Shown: in pieces, positions 27,255 to 36,125 of the stretch
Position numbering within the stretch: position 1 is the stretch's first letter
Layout of the letters: the number at the start of each line of letters is the position of its first letter
NCBI GenBank assembly: GCA_035547715.1
Contig: DASZUH010000205.1
Span: 1 to 44,955 of the forward strand
DNA length: 44,955 bases
DNA from: Solirubrobacterales bacterium
GTDB lineage: Bacteria; Actinomycetota; Thermoleophilia; Solirubrobacterales; 70-9
Reading direction: 5' to 3'
Notes under the pieces: generated by a model
Database searches by the model: none
What the model saw: only the letters and a program-made list of their open reading frames with translations
Told to the model about the DNA's origin: nothing
Program-made: the position numbers and the translations under genes

Positions 27255-28726
27255 GCGGCAGGCTCTTCGGCGTCGGCGTCGGGCCCGGGGACCCGGATCT
27301 CCTGACCGTCAAGGCGCAGAGGATCATCGGGGCGGTCGACGTCATCGCCTACCCGAACGCGCGCCACGGCCGCAGCGTGGCGCGCGGCATCGCGGCCCCG
27401 CACTTCCGTGGCGACCAGATCGAGGTGGCGCTCGAGTACCCGGTGACAACCGAGGAGACCGATCACCCCGGCGGCTACGAGGCCGCGATCAGTGAGTTCT
27501 ACGACGCCTGCGCAGGGCAGCTGGCCGAGCACCTCGACGCCGGGCGCGACGTCGCCGTCCTCTGCGAGGGCGACCCGTTCTTCTACGGCTCCTATATGTA
27601 TCTGCACGAGCGCCTCTCACCCCGGTATCCGACCGAGGTGATCCCCGCCGTCACCTCGTTCAGCGCCGCGGCCGCCGCCGCGGGCACCCCGCTGGTGCGC
27701 CGCGACGACGTGCTGACGATCCTGCCCGGGACCCTGCCGCCCGAGACGCTGGCGGCGCGCCTGCGGAGCAGCGACGCCTCGGTGGTGATCAAGCTCGGCA
27801 GGCGCTTCCCCGGTGTGGCCGAGGCGATCGAGCGGGCCGGCCTGTCCGAGCGGGGGATCTACGTCGAGCGGGCCGGCAGCGAGGCCGAGCGGGTGGCGCC
27901 CCTGAGGGAGGCGGGGGAGAAGGTGCCCTACATGTCTTTGGTGCTGGTCCCGGGCGGCGAGCCCGCGGCGCCGGCCGACCGGCCCGGGCGGGTGAGTGTG
28001 GTCGGCCTCGGCCCGGCGGGGCCCGACTGGCTGACGCCGGAGGCCCAGGCCGAGCTGGCGGCGGCCGAGGAGATCGTCGGCTATGAGACCTACATCGCCC
28101 GCGTCCCCGCGCGTCGGGGGCAGCGCCGCCACGCCACCGACAACCGGGTCGAGACCGAGCGCGCGCGCCATGCGCTGGAGCTCGCCGCGCGGGGCGCGCG
28201 GGTGGCGGTCGTCTCCTCGGGGGACCCGGGGATCTTCGCGATGGCGGCGGCCGTCCTCGAGGTCGTCGACGGCGACGCGACGTTCGCCGACGTGGAGCTG
28301 CGGATCGTCCCCGGCCTCTCGGCGATGCAGGCGGCGGCGGCCAGGGTAGGGGCGCCGCTCGGCCACGATTTCTGCGTCATCTCGCTCTCCGACCGGTTGA
28401 AGCCGTGGGAGGCCATCGAGCGAAGGCTGGACGCCGCCGGCGCGGCCGATTTCGTCCTCGCCCTCTACAACCCGGCCTCGAAGTCGCGTCGCGAGCAGCT
28501 CGCGCGCGCGATCGAGGTGCTGCGCCGCCACCGCGACACGGCGACGCCGGTCGTCGTCGCCCGTGCCGTCGGGGCGCCCGAGGAGTCGGTCGCGGTGACG
28601 ACGCTGGGGGAGCTGGACCCGGGCGTCGTCGACATGCGCACGCTGCTGATCGTCGGCTCCTCCAACACCCGCACGATCGCCGGGCCTGTGCCGCGGGTCT
28701 ACACGCCCCGGAGCTATCCGAGTTGA
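27251..28726 (+). CDS. cobIJ: fusion: precorrin-2 C20-methyltransferase (CobI) + precorrin-3B C17-methyltransferase (CobJ)
   Basis: Two tandem tetrapyrrole-methylase domains ([24 protein letters not shown] and [25 protein letters not shown]). GTGA overlap upstream. Confidence 0.85.
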   Translation: MSGRLFGVGVGPGDPDLLTVKAQRIIGAVDVIAYPNARHGRSVARGIAAPHFRGDQIEVALEYPVTTEETDHPGGYEAAISEFYDACAGQLAEHLDAGRDVAVLCEGDPFFYGSYMYLHERLSPRYPTEVIPAVTSFSAAAAAAGTPLVRRDDVLTILPGTLPPETLAARLRSSDASVVIKLGRRFPGVAEAIERAGLSERGIYVERAGSEAERVAPLREAGEKVPYMSLVLVPGGEPAAPADRPGRVSVVGLGPAGPDWLTPEAQAELAAAEEIVGYETYIARVPARRGQRRHATDNRVETERARHALELAARGARVAVVSSGDPGIFAMAAAVLEVVDGDATFADVELRIVPGLSAMQAAAARVGAPLGHDFCVISLSDRLKPWEAIERRLDAAGAADFVLALYNPASKSRREQLARAIEVLRRHRDTATPVVVARAVGAPEESVAVTTLGELDPGVVDMRTLLIVGSSNTRTIAGPVPRVYTPRSYPS

Positions 28727-29445
28727 GCCCGCACCCAGCGCAGGGCCGCCTCGACCGAGCCCTCGGTGGGGACGTCCGGCCGGGGCGGTCGCCGCACCAC
28801 GATCACCGGCAGCCCCCGCTCACGGGCGACCTCGAGCTTGGCCTCGGTATGGGTGCCGCCGCTGTCCTTGGTGACGAGGAGATCGACCCCATGTCGCTCG
28901 ACCAGCGAGCGCTCACCGTCGGGCGTGTAGGGGCCCCGGTCGAGCAGCAGCTCGTGGTGAGGCGGGAGCGGCCCGTCGGGCGGATCCACGCAGCGGACCA
29001 GGAACCACGCCTCCTCGACGCCGGCGAACGATGCCAGGCCCTGGCGGCCCGTGGTCAGCAGGACCCGCCGGCCGAGCCCGTGGATCGCCGCGGCGGCCTG
29101 GTCGAGGTCGGGGACCCAGGTCCAGCGGTCGCCGGGACGCTCGCGCCAGCCCGGACGCTCGAGCCGCAGCAGCGGCACCCCTGCCGTGGGAGCCGCTTGC
29201 GCCGCGTTGGCCGATATTCCCTCCGCGAAGGGATGGGTGGCGTCGACGACCGCGTCGACCTCGTGGTCGTCCAACCAGCGGACCAGCCCGCCGGGGCCGC
29301 CGAAGCCGCCGATCCTCACCTCGCCTACCGGCAGGCGCGGGTTGGCGACGCGCCCGGCGAGCGAGGAGGTGACCTCGACGCCCGAGGCGTCGAGCTCCGC
29401 CGCGAGCTCGCGCGCCTCCGCCGTGCCCCCGAGGACCAGGATCAT
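28714..29445 (-). CDS. cobK: precorrin-6A reductase
   Basis: MILVLGGTAEAREL...GGFGG..DATHPFA are CobK motifs. Its 3' end overlaps the convergent cobIJ end by 13 nt. Confidence 0.85.
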   Translation of the reverse strand: MILVLGGTAEARELAAELDASGVEVTSSLAGRVANPRLPVGEVRIGGFGGPGGLVRWLDDHEVDAVVDATHPFAEGISANAAQAAPTAGVPLLRLERPGWRERPGDRWTWVPDLDQAAAAIHGLGRRVLLTTGRQGLASFAGVEEAWFLVRCVDPPDGPLPPHHELLLDRGPYTPDGERSLVERHGVDLLVTKDSGGTHTEAKLEVARERGLPVIVVRRPPRPDVPTEGSVEAALRWVRAQLG

Positions 29446-29468
29446 GCCGTCACCCGCGGGCCCCGACG

Positions 29469-30242
29469 ATGAGGAAGCTGCTCCTGATCGGCATCGGTGC
29501 GGGTGATCCCGAGTACGTCACGGCCCAGGCCGCGCGGGCACTCGGTGAGGTCGACGTGTTCTTCGTCGTGGACAAGGGCGGCGATGTCAGGGACCTGGTG
29601 GCACTGCGCAGGCTCCTCCTGGAGCGCTTCGTCGAGAGTCCGTCGTACCGGATCGTAGAGCTCCCTGATCCGCCTCGCGACCGCGCCGCGGCCGCCTATC
29701 GGGCGGCGGTCGAGGACTGGCGCGAGCGACGCGCCCAGGTCTGGGGCGCCGCGCTTCGTGAAGAGCTCGAGGAGGACGGAGTCGGTGCCTTCCTCGTCTG
29801 GGGCGACCCCTCGCTCTACGACAGCACCATCGACGTGGTCGAGCGCATCCACGGGCGCGGCGAGATCGCCTTCGACCACGAGGTGATCCCGGGGGTGAGC
29901 AGCGTCCACGCACTCACCGCCCGTCACCGGATCCCCCTCAACCGGGTCGGCGGCGCGGTGCAGGTCACCACCGGGCGCCGCCTGGCGAGGCTCGGCTGGC
30001 CCGAGGGCGTCGACGACCTGGTCGTGATGCTCGACGCCGACTGCTCCTTCGAGGCACTGGACCCCGAGGGGCTCGAGATCTACTGGGGCGCCTACCTGGG
30101 GACGGCGGACGAGCTGCTCGTGTCCGGCCCGCTCGGCGAGGTCGCCGGCGAGATCCGGCGCGTCCGCGCCGAGGCGCGGGAGCGGAAGGGGTGGATCATG
30201 GACACCTACCTGCTGCGACGCCGCGAGCAGGGCGGCGCCTAG
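29469..30242 (+). CDS. cobF: precorrin-6A synthase (deacetylating)
   Basis: LLLIGIGAGDPEYVT..VWGDPSLYDS..IPGVSS; a tetrapyrrole methylase of CobF length and layout. Only 23 nt separate it from the divergent cobK start. Confidence 0.8.
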   Translation: MRKLLLIGIGAGDPEYVTAQAARALGEVDVFFVVDKGGDVRDLVALRRLLLERFVESPSYRIVELPDPPRDRAAAAYRAAVEDWRERRAQVWGAALREELEEDGVGAFLVWGDPSLYDSTIDVVERIHGRGEIAFDHEVIPGVSSVHALTARHRIPLNRVGGAVQVTTGRRLARLGWPEGVDDLVVMLDADCSFEALDPEGLEIYWGAYLGTADELLVSGPLGEVAGEIRRVRAEARERKGWIMDTYLLRRREQGGA

Positions 30243-30354
30243 GCGACGAGCCCGCCGAGCCGACGCGAGGAGATCCTTGATCGGATGCCGCAGGCCCGGG
30301 GGACGCCGCCCCGAGGCCACGGGCTCCGAGAGCGCAGAGATCGGCTCGGGTCGC

Positions 30355-30550
30355 GCCCTCGGAGGAGCTTCGAGGGTGTAGGATCGCCGCGCCGTCAGGG
30401 GAACCCGGTGCGAATCCGGGGCTGACCCGCAACTGTCACCGCAGAGTGAATTCCACCCGTCTTCGGACGGGTCAAGGCCACGGCCCATCGCAGGCTGGAA
30501 GGCCGGAAGGAACGTCGACGCGGAAGCCAGGACACCTGAGGGCCCAACGC
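30355..30550 (+). promoter_or_regulatory. cobalamin (B12) riboswitch controlling the BtuFCD-like importer
   Basis: GTCAGGGGAACCCGGTGCGAATCCGGGGCTGACCCGCAACTGTCACC ... GGAAGCCAGGACACCTGA, carrying GGTG.GAA.CC, a GCAACTG variant of GCCACTG, and the B12 box AGCCAGGACAC. The ORF-track start at 30446 lies inside it, so that start is rejected. Boundaries are approximate. Confidence 0.8.
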
Positions 30551-30577
30551 GAAAAAAACCGACGCGAGGAGTCGTCC

Positions 30578-31663
30578 ATGCCAGTCGTGCCCAACGGTCG
30601 CCGGAGTATCCCGAGGACCTGGATCCGCCCGGGCATCGCCATCCTGCTCCTCTGCATCGGCCTCGTCGCGGTCGCCGGCTGCGGCTCCTCATCGAGCTCG
30701 GCCTCATCTTCGACGTCGGAAAGTGACACGACCTCGGGCGCCGAAACCACCTCTGGCGGCGAATCGACCACCGGGGGCGCGACCGTCGTCAACTGCGGCG
30801 TCCACGTCCACGTCGACCAGCCGCCGACGCGTGCGATCTCGCTGAACCAGGGCGCGACCGAGCTGATGCTGACGCTCGGCCTCCAGAACTCCATGATCGG
30901 CACCGCCTACCTCGACGACTCGGTGCTGCCCTCGCTCCAGAGCGCCTACGAATCGGTCCCGGTGCTGTCGAAGGAATACCCCTCCGCCGAGAGCTTCCTG
31001 GCCGAAGAACCCGACTTCGCGATCGCCTCATACGAAAGCGCATTCGGGACCAAGGAAGGGGTCGGCACCCGCAGCTCGCTGGAAAAGCTCGGGATCGCGA
31101 CGTATCTGATGCCCGACGGATGCGCGAACGCGAACGAGAACGTGCCGTGGACGTTCGCCGACAACTTCAACGAGATCCGTCAGGTCGGCACCTTGTTCGG
31201 CGTCGAGGAAAAGGCGCAGGAAGTGATCGCCCGGCAGCAGGCCGAACTAAAGGAAGCGGTCGGTTCCGGGCCCGCTCCGGGCAAGGGCCACACGGTCATG
31301 TGGTGGGACTCCGACGACAAATCGCCGTTCGTCGGTACCTGCTGTGGGGGCCCGGGGCTGATCATGAAGACGGTCGGTGCGACCAACGTCTTCGCCGGCG
31401 TGAAAGGCAACTGGCAGAACGTCAACTGGGAAGCCGCGATCGCCAAGGATCCCGAAGTGATCGTCCTGATCGACGCCGGCTGGGACACCGCCAAGTCGAA
31501 GATCAAGTTCATCGAAGGCGACCCCGCGCTCCAGTCGCTGCCGGCGGTCAAGGAGAAGCACTTCGTCATCATCCCCTTCTCGGACTCGACCCCGGGCGTG
31601 CGTAACGTCGACGGGGTCAAAAAGCTGGCCGCCGGGCTCCGCAAGATCTATCCGAGCGGGTGA
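30578..31663 (+). CDS. ABC transporter substrate-binding lipoprotein, FecB/BtuF (periplasmic binding protein 2) family, probable corrinoid binder
   Basis: ATG 30578 is preceded by GAGGAG. Signal peptide with lipobox LVAVAGC, followed by a Ser/Thr-rich linker. Context is riboswitch plus FecCD-type permease plus ATPase. Confidence 0.8.
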   Translation: MPVVPNGRRSIPRTWIRPGIAILLLCIGLVAVAGCGSSSSSASSSTSESDTTSGAETTSGGESTTGGATVVNCGVHVHVDQPPTRAISLNQGATELMLTLGLQNSMIGTAYLDDSVLPSLQSAYESVPVLSKEYPSAESFLAEEPDFAIASYESAFGTKEGVGTRSSLEKLGIATYLMPDGCANANENVPWTFADNFNEIRQVGTLFGVEEKAQEVIARQQAELKEAVGSGPAPGKGHTVMWWDSDDKSPFVGTCCGGPGLIMKTVGATNVFAGVKGNWQNVNWEAAIAKDPEVIVLIDAGWDTAKSKIKFIEGDPALQSLPAVKEKHFVIIPFSDSTPGVRNVDGVKKLAAGLRKIYPSG

Positions 31664-32688
31664 CCCGCGGGCGCCTGCGCCCCTGGATACCAGCCCTCGT
31701 CGGGCTGGTCTTGGCGCTGGGCTCGATCATCGTCGCCTCGGCGATCGGACCCTCGTCGGTCGGTCCCGCCGACGTCTGGGCGGTCGTGCTCAACAAGCTC
31801 GGGCTGGCCTCCCATCGCGACGTGAGCCCGATCATGCAGGCGATCGTCTGGGACCTCCGGATGCCGCGGACCGTGCTGGCCGCCCTCGTGGGAGCCGGGC
31901 TCGCGGTCGCCGGCGCGGTGATGCAGGCGGTCACGCGCAATCCGCTTGCCGACCCCTACCTGCTCGGCCTCTCCTCGGGCGCCGCGCTCGGCGCGGTGGT
32001 GGTGCTCGTCCTGGGGGTCGCGGCTGGTTCACTCGGCGTCGCCGGCGGAGCCTTCATCGGTGCGCTGGTCGCGTTCGGGTTCGTGATCGCGATCGCGGTC
32101 TCCGGCCGGCGCCTGGATCCGGCCGTCACCGTGCTCGCCGGGGTCGCGGTCGGCACCATCTGTGCGGCGCTCACCTCGCTGATCGTCGTCGTGGCCGCCA
32201 ATCCGTTCAAGACCCGCGAAGTCGACTACTGGCTACTCGGATCGCTGGCCGGGACGACCTGGGGCAACGACCTGGTCGCGGCGCCTGTCGTGGTCGCCTG
32301 CGTCGGCGTCTGCATCGGGTGCGCGCGATCCTTGAACGCGATGGCATTCGGGGACTCCGACGCCAGGGCGCTGGGTGTCGACACGACGCGCCTGCGCTGG
32401 ATCCTCCTGGTCACCTGCGCCCTGATGACGGGCGTCCTGGTCTCACTCTCGGGTGCGATCGGATTCGTCGGCCTGCTGCTGCCGCATGCGGCGCGGATGA
32501 TCGTCGGTCGCGACAACCGGCGCCTCCTGCCGGTGTCGGCGCTGGCAGGAGCCATCTTTCTCGTCTGGGCCGACACGGTGGCCCGGACCGCCCTGCAACC
32601 GCGCGAAATCCCGGTCGGGGTCGTCACCGCGCTGGTCGGCGCGCCGGCGTTCGCGTTGCTGATCCGACAGCGCAGGCGCGCACCCTGA
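31660..32688 (+). CDS. FecCD/BtuC-family ABC permease
   Basis: About 9-10 TM segments, with WDLRMPRTVLAALVGAGLAVAGAVMQ and GAIGFVGLLLPH motifs. GTGA overlap upstream. Confidence 0.85.
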   Translation: MTRGRLRPWIPALVGLVLALGSIIVASAIGPSSVGPADVWAVVLNKLGLASHRDVSPIMQAIVWDLRMPRTVLAALVGAGLAVAGAVMQAVTRNPLADPYLLGLSSGAALGAVVVLVLGVAAGSLGVAGGAFIGALVAFGFVIAIAVSGRRLDPAVTVLAGVAVGTICAALTSLIVVVAANPFKTREVDYWLLGSLAGTTWGNDLVAAPVVVACVGVCIGCARSLNAMAFGDSDARALGVDTTRLRWILLVTCALMTGVLVSLSGAIGFVGLLLPHAARMIVGRDNRRLLPVSALAGAIFLVWADTVARTALQPREIPVGVVTALVGAPAFALLIRQRRRAP

Positions 32689-33485
32689 TGCTCGCCGCCA
32701 CGAACATCACCTGGAGCGCCGGCGGTGCGCTGATCCTCGACGGTGCCAGTGTGCAGGTGGACGCCGGCAGACTGGTGGGCCTGATCGGCCCCAACGGCTC
32801 GGGCAAGACCTCGCTGTTGCGCTGCGCCGCCGCACTCACCGCGGCCGACTCAGGGGAGGTGATGCTGGACGGCGCGGACGTTCGGGCGATGCGTCGGCGT
32901 GCGATCGCCCGGCGGCTCGCTTTCGTCGAGCAGGATGCCGACACCGATGTCGAGCTCGAGGTACGCGATGTGGTGCTGCTCGGCCGCACGCCACACCGGC
33001 GGGCCTTCGAGCCCGATACCGCGGAGGACCTGTCGCTCCTCGCCGTCGCCTTGGAGCGCACCGGGCTCACCGGCCGCGAGCATCAGTCGTGGCATACCCT
33101 CTCGGGAGGGGAGCGGCAGCGCGCACGGATCGCCCGGGCGCTCGTCCAGCAGCCGGAGGTGCTGTTGCTCGATGAGCCGACCAACCACCTCGACGTCGCC
33201 CATCAGCTCGAGCTCCTGGATCTCGTGCGCTCGCTCGAGCTGGCGACGGTGGCCGCCCTGCACGACCTCAACCTCGCAGCGGCCTTCTGCGACGAGATAG
33301 TCGTCCTCGCCAAGGGACGGGTCGTCGCCACCGGCCCGCCGCCGGAGGTGTTGACCGCCGAGCTGATCGACGACGTCTACGACGTCGAGGCGATAGTCGG
33401 GGAGCATCCCGTGACCGGCAGGCCGACGATCGTGTTCACCCCGAGGACACGCGGTCGCGGTCGGCAAACCGCCGGAGGTGATTGA
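32688..33485 (+). CDS. ABC transporter ATP-binding protein (FecE/BtuD-like)
   Basis: Walker A GPNGSGKTS, signature LSGGERQR and Walker B LLLDEPTNHLD. ATG 32688 shares one nucleotide with the upstream TGA. Confidence 0.9.
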   Translation: MLAATNITWSAGGALILDGASVQVDAGRLVGLIGPNGSGKTSLLRCAAALTAADSGEVMLDGADVRAMRRRAIARRLAFVEQDADTDVELEVRDVVLLGRTPHRRAFEPDTAEDLSLLAVALERTGLTGREHQSWHTLSGGERQRARIARALVQQPEVLLLDEPTNHLDVAHQLELLDLVRSLELATVAALHDLNLAAAFCDEIVVLAKGRVVATGPPPEVLTAELIDDVYDVEAIVGEHPVTGRPTIVFTPRTRGRGRQTAGGD

Positions 33486-33772
33486 AGTGTCCCGAAACGG
33501 GGCGGCCCTCCACAGGATCGGTACCCGACCTCGGCGAGGACTGGCTGACGATGCCACGGCATGAAGGCGGCTGGTACAGGGCAGAACCGAAGAAGCGCGA
33601 CGGCACACGGCGCCTGCTGAAACCACAGCCCCGGGCCGACGGGGTCGGCGAGGAGGCGGTGCTCCTGACAAGGCACGGAGAACCGGCGGTCTTCATCGTC
33701 CCGCTGGCGCCGGCGGCGCGCCTGGGGCTCGAGCCCCCGCCGGGTGCCGACGACCCGGGGAGGGAGTCCCTT

Positions 33773-33845
33773 TGGCCGCAGGCTCGAGTTTCGAACCAAC
33801 TACCTCTCGTTTTCTCGTTACGAGCGCTTCACAATTAGGCCTGCG
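33773..33845 (-). pseudogene. degenerate tRNA-like element
   Basis: On the minus strand, a 7-nt terminal complementarity (CGCAGGC ... GCCTGCG) is followed by G-CCA. It has a T-loop-like GTTGGTTCGAAAC and a perfect 5-bp stem (CTCGT/ACGAG) closing a 9-nt loop. The T-stem does not pair and the D-arm region is too short (14 nt). It shares a 22-nt core with the fragment at 33999-34040. Confidence 0.35.
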
Positions 33846-33851
33846 GGCAGG

Positions 33852-33902
33852 CTGAAATGCCTTGAAATCGCCGCCGATCGGCCTCGATTTCTGCGATTTC
33901 AG
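33852..33902. repeat. 51-bp imperfect palindrome built from four GAAAT/ATTTC motifs around a central GCCGATCGGC
   Basis: Sequence is CTGAAATgccttGAAATCG-ccgccgatcggcct-CGATTTCtgcgATTTCAG. The outer and inner 7-nt arms are perfectly complementary. Confidence 0.6.
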
Positions 33903-33998
33903 CCACCCGTGCCCGAAGCGGATCGCTGAACTCGGGGCGGTTGGCGTCACACCCGCAAGTCGGGAGTTCCTTATATGTAGGGGCTTTCGGCCTCCGGA

Positions 33999-34040
33999 TG
34001 GGCACGGCTGGTTTCGAACCAGCGACCTCTCGCGTGTGAA
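33999..34040 (-). repeat. 3'-part copy of a tRNA-Val(CAC)-like gene (anticodon loop to discriminator); att-type scar
   Basis: The minus strand reads TTCACAC-GCGAG-AGGTC-GCTGG-TTCGAAA-CCAGC-CGTGCCC-A. This gives an anticodon loop with CAC, the 3' anticodon stem strand, a variable loop, a perfect T-arm, the acceptor 3' strand and the discriminator. No matching 5' half exists upstream (no CTCGC and no GGGCACG in position), so it is not an intact tRNA. Confidence 0.6.
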
Positions 34041-34246
34041 ATTCGCTCGGAAAATGCTGATCGGTGAGTAAAAAACGCCATTTGCAGGGACTTCGTGGGC
34101 GGTATTTTGGGCCTCGGAATCCTCGATGTGTGGCGATATGCGCGGATATGTCGCCGAGTCAGGCAGTCTCGGCGAGAACTGCCTGAGATCCGGAGGGGCG
34201 GTTCGAAAATCTGAGAGCGACCGCATCTTGATGCAATAATGCGATC

Positions 34247-34495
34247 ATGTCGAAGACCCGCACGACCGTCACCCTCGACGAGGACGTCTTCCGCGCCGTC
34301 AGGATCAAGGCCGCCCGCACCGGCAAGCGCGACTCGCAGGTGATCGAGGAATCGCTGCGGCGCGACCTCGGCCTCGACGACCTGGCCGAGATCTGGGCGA
34401 AGGTCACGCCCGCCGACGAGGAGGAGGGCATGGATCTCGCCGGCGAGGAGCTGCGCGCGATGCGCAAGGAGAGGCGTGACGAGGGCGGTACTTGA
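34247..34495 (+). CDS. ribbon-helix-helix (CopG/VapB-like) antitoxin
   Basis: 82 aa. MSKTRTTVTLDEDVFRAVRIKAARTGKRDSQVIEESLR is a typical RHH N-terminus. Overlaps the downstream PIN gene by 20 nt. Confidence 0.8.
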   Translation: MSKTRTTVTLDEDVFRAVRIKAARTGKRDSQVIEESLRRDLGLDDLAEIWAKVTPADEEEGMDLAGEELRAMRKERRDEGGT

Positions 34496-34886
34496 CCCGG
34501 GCGTCCTCGTCTCGGCGCTGATCACCCCCACGGGCACCCCGGCAAGGCTTCTGACCGCCGGCCGCGGCGGAAGCTTCGAGCTGATCGTCTCGGCCCTGCT
34601 GCTCGAGGAGCTCGGATCCGTCCTGCGGCGGGAGAAGTTCCGCCGCCACGTCGACCTCGACGTCGTCGACCGATACCTCGCGCTTCTGCGTCGGGACGCG
34701 GTGACGGCCATCGACCCGGCGGGACCGCCGCCGGTCCGCTGCGCCGACCCCGACGACGACTACCTGATCGCCCTGGCGCACGCCGGCGCCGCCGCGCTCG
34801 TCTCCGGTGACCGGCATCTGCTCGACCTCGCCGGGCGGATCCCGGTCTTCACCCCAGCGGAGTTCCTCGCCGCGCACGGCGGATAG
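34476..34886 (+). CDS. PIN-domain toxin (putative toxin-antitoxin system toxin component, PIN family)
   Basis: AVLDPGVLVSALI...LIVSALLLEELGSVL...DPDDDYLIALA...LVSGDRHLL shows the spacing of the conserved acidic residues of this PIN subfamily. GTG start at 34476. Confidence 0.8.
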   Translation: MTRAVLDPGVLVSALITPTGTPARLLTAGRGGSFELIVSALLLEELGSVLRREKFRRHVDLDVVDRYLALLRRDAVTAIDPAGPPPVRCADPDDDYLIALAHAGAAALVSGDRHLLDLAGRIPVFTPAEFLAAHGG

Positions 34887-34988
34887 CGAGACGGTTGAGC
34901 CGGACGGACCTTCTGGGCTCTCGTAAAGGTCGTCAGGCTCTTAGGTGCGCACCATCAGTCGCTACCGGTAGCGTACCCATGGGCGCGC

Positions 34989-36125
34989 ATGGACAAGGAG
35001 ACACTCAACGATCCGGCAGAGATGCGCACCGCGGTGGTGGACAGCCTGGTCCGGCAAGGATTTAGCGTGGAGGACGGGCAGATCCGCGCGCCTGAGATGA
35101 GCTCAAAGGCTGCGCTGCGAGCGTTGCACCGCGAGGCCGTAGAACATCAACGTGAGCGCTCGAAGCCCGGATTGCGCCGCCACGAGGAGTGGCTGCTTGG
35201 GCAGATTGCGGACGGCTCAGATCTGCTGCCGAGTGCGATCTGCCCGAGCCTAGTTCTCGTTACTCCCGAGTCCAAGGAGGAGCTTCTGTTTCGATGGGCG
35301 CGCCTGCATTGGTCCATCCCGACGTCGGCTGGCTACGGCCGTCGGCTTCGCTTCCTTGTGATGGACGAGGCTCACGGAAAGCTGATGGGCATTATCGGCC
35401 TCGCAGATCCGGTGTTCGGTCTGAGTAGCCGCGATCTCTGGGTCGGCTGGGACGCGCAAGCTCGTCGGGAGCGGCTCCATCAGGTGATGGACGCCTTCGT
35501 GCTTGGCGCGGTTCCACCTTACAACCAGCTGCTCGCAGGCAAGCTTGTTGCAATGCTCGCAACCTGCGCAGAGATTCAGACCGCCTACCGTGAACGTTAC
35601 TGCGGTGTCGCTTCCGTTATCAGCGGTCGCGACAGGGAGGAGCCTCTCGCAATGGTTACGACGGCTTCGGCATTGGGGCGCTCTTCCGTCTACAACCGTC
35701 TCCGCATGGACGATCGCAAAGTAGCTATCAGCGTTGGATTCACCAAGGGTTCGGGAGATTTTCAGTTCGCTAATGGCCTATACGAGGATCTAACCGCGTA
35801 TGCCAGGTTGCACTGCACTCCGACCGCCAAGCACAGTAAGTGGGGAAGCGGATTCCGAAATAGGCGAGAGGTCGTCAAGAAGGCCCTACGGCATCTCGGA
35901 CTGGGGGAGGCGCTTCTCTACCACGGAGTCCGACGCGAGGTCTTTGTGTTTCCGATGGGGGAGAACGCGGCAGCCGCGCTTACGTATGGCGAAAGTCTGC
36001 GGCCGTACGCAGAGACGGCAGCCGACATGGCGGAATTCTGGAAGCAGCGATGGATGATTCCGCGAGCGATCCGGCGAGAGGACTACAAGTCCTTCCGACC
36101 CGAGAACTGGCGCCTGTGGACTTGA
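34989..36125 (+). CDS. DUF4338-domain protein (DruA-like)
   Basis: From memory, WARLHWSIPTSAGYGRRLRFLVMDEAHGKLMGIIGLADPVFGLSSRDLWVGWDAQARRERLHQVMDAFVLGAVPPYNQLLAGKL follows the DUF4338 pattern: hYLG..G..LRYLV..g..lg.lgF..aa....RD.wIGW....R...L..v.nn.RFLilP....NLaSk. No search was run. Confidence 0.65.
   Translation: MDKETLNDPAEMRTAVVDSLVRQGFSVEDGQIRAPEMSSKAALRALHREAVEHQRERSKPGLRRHEEWLLGQIADGSDLLPSAICPSLVLVTPESKEELLFRWARLHWSIPTSAGYGRRLRFLVMDEAHGKLMGIIGLADPVFGLSSRDLWVGWDAQARRERLHQVMDAFVLGAVPPYNQLLAGKLVAMLATCAEIQTAYRERYCGVASVISGRDREEPLAMVTTASALGRSSVYNRLRMDDRKVAISVGFTKGSGDFQFANGLYEDLTAYARLHCTPTAKHSKWGSGFRNRREVVKKALRHLGLGEALLYHGVRREVFVFPMGENAAAALTYGESLRPYAETAADMAEFWKQRWMIPRAIRREDYKSFRPENWRLWT

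Noticed and set aside
30446-30577. ORF-track start (30446) of the substrate-binding protein gene.
   Set aside because: These 44 codons overlap the conserved core and B12 box of the riboswitch. The internal ATG 30578 has a GAGGAG RBS and begins a proper lipoprotein signal peptide.
33482-33838. 118-aa plus-strand ORF containing GEEAVLLTRHGEPAVFIVP (33647-33703), reminiscent of the core of Phd/YefM-type antitoxins.
   Set aside because: Only about 20 residues resemble the family. The N-terminus does not fit, there is no toxin partner, and the ORF runs into the tRNA-like relic. It is at most a decayed remnant and is not reported as a gene.
33999-34075. Possible intact tRNA-Val gene on the minus strand.
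   Set aside because: The anticodon loop, T-arm and acceptor 3' strand are present. However, the sequence 5' of the anticodon loop (…CCGAGCGAAT) cannot pair with GCGAG, and no GGGCACG acceptor 5' strand or D-arm is present. It is only a 3' fragment.
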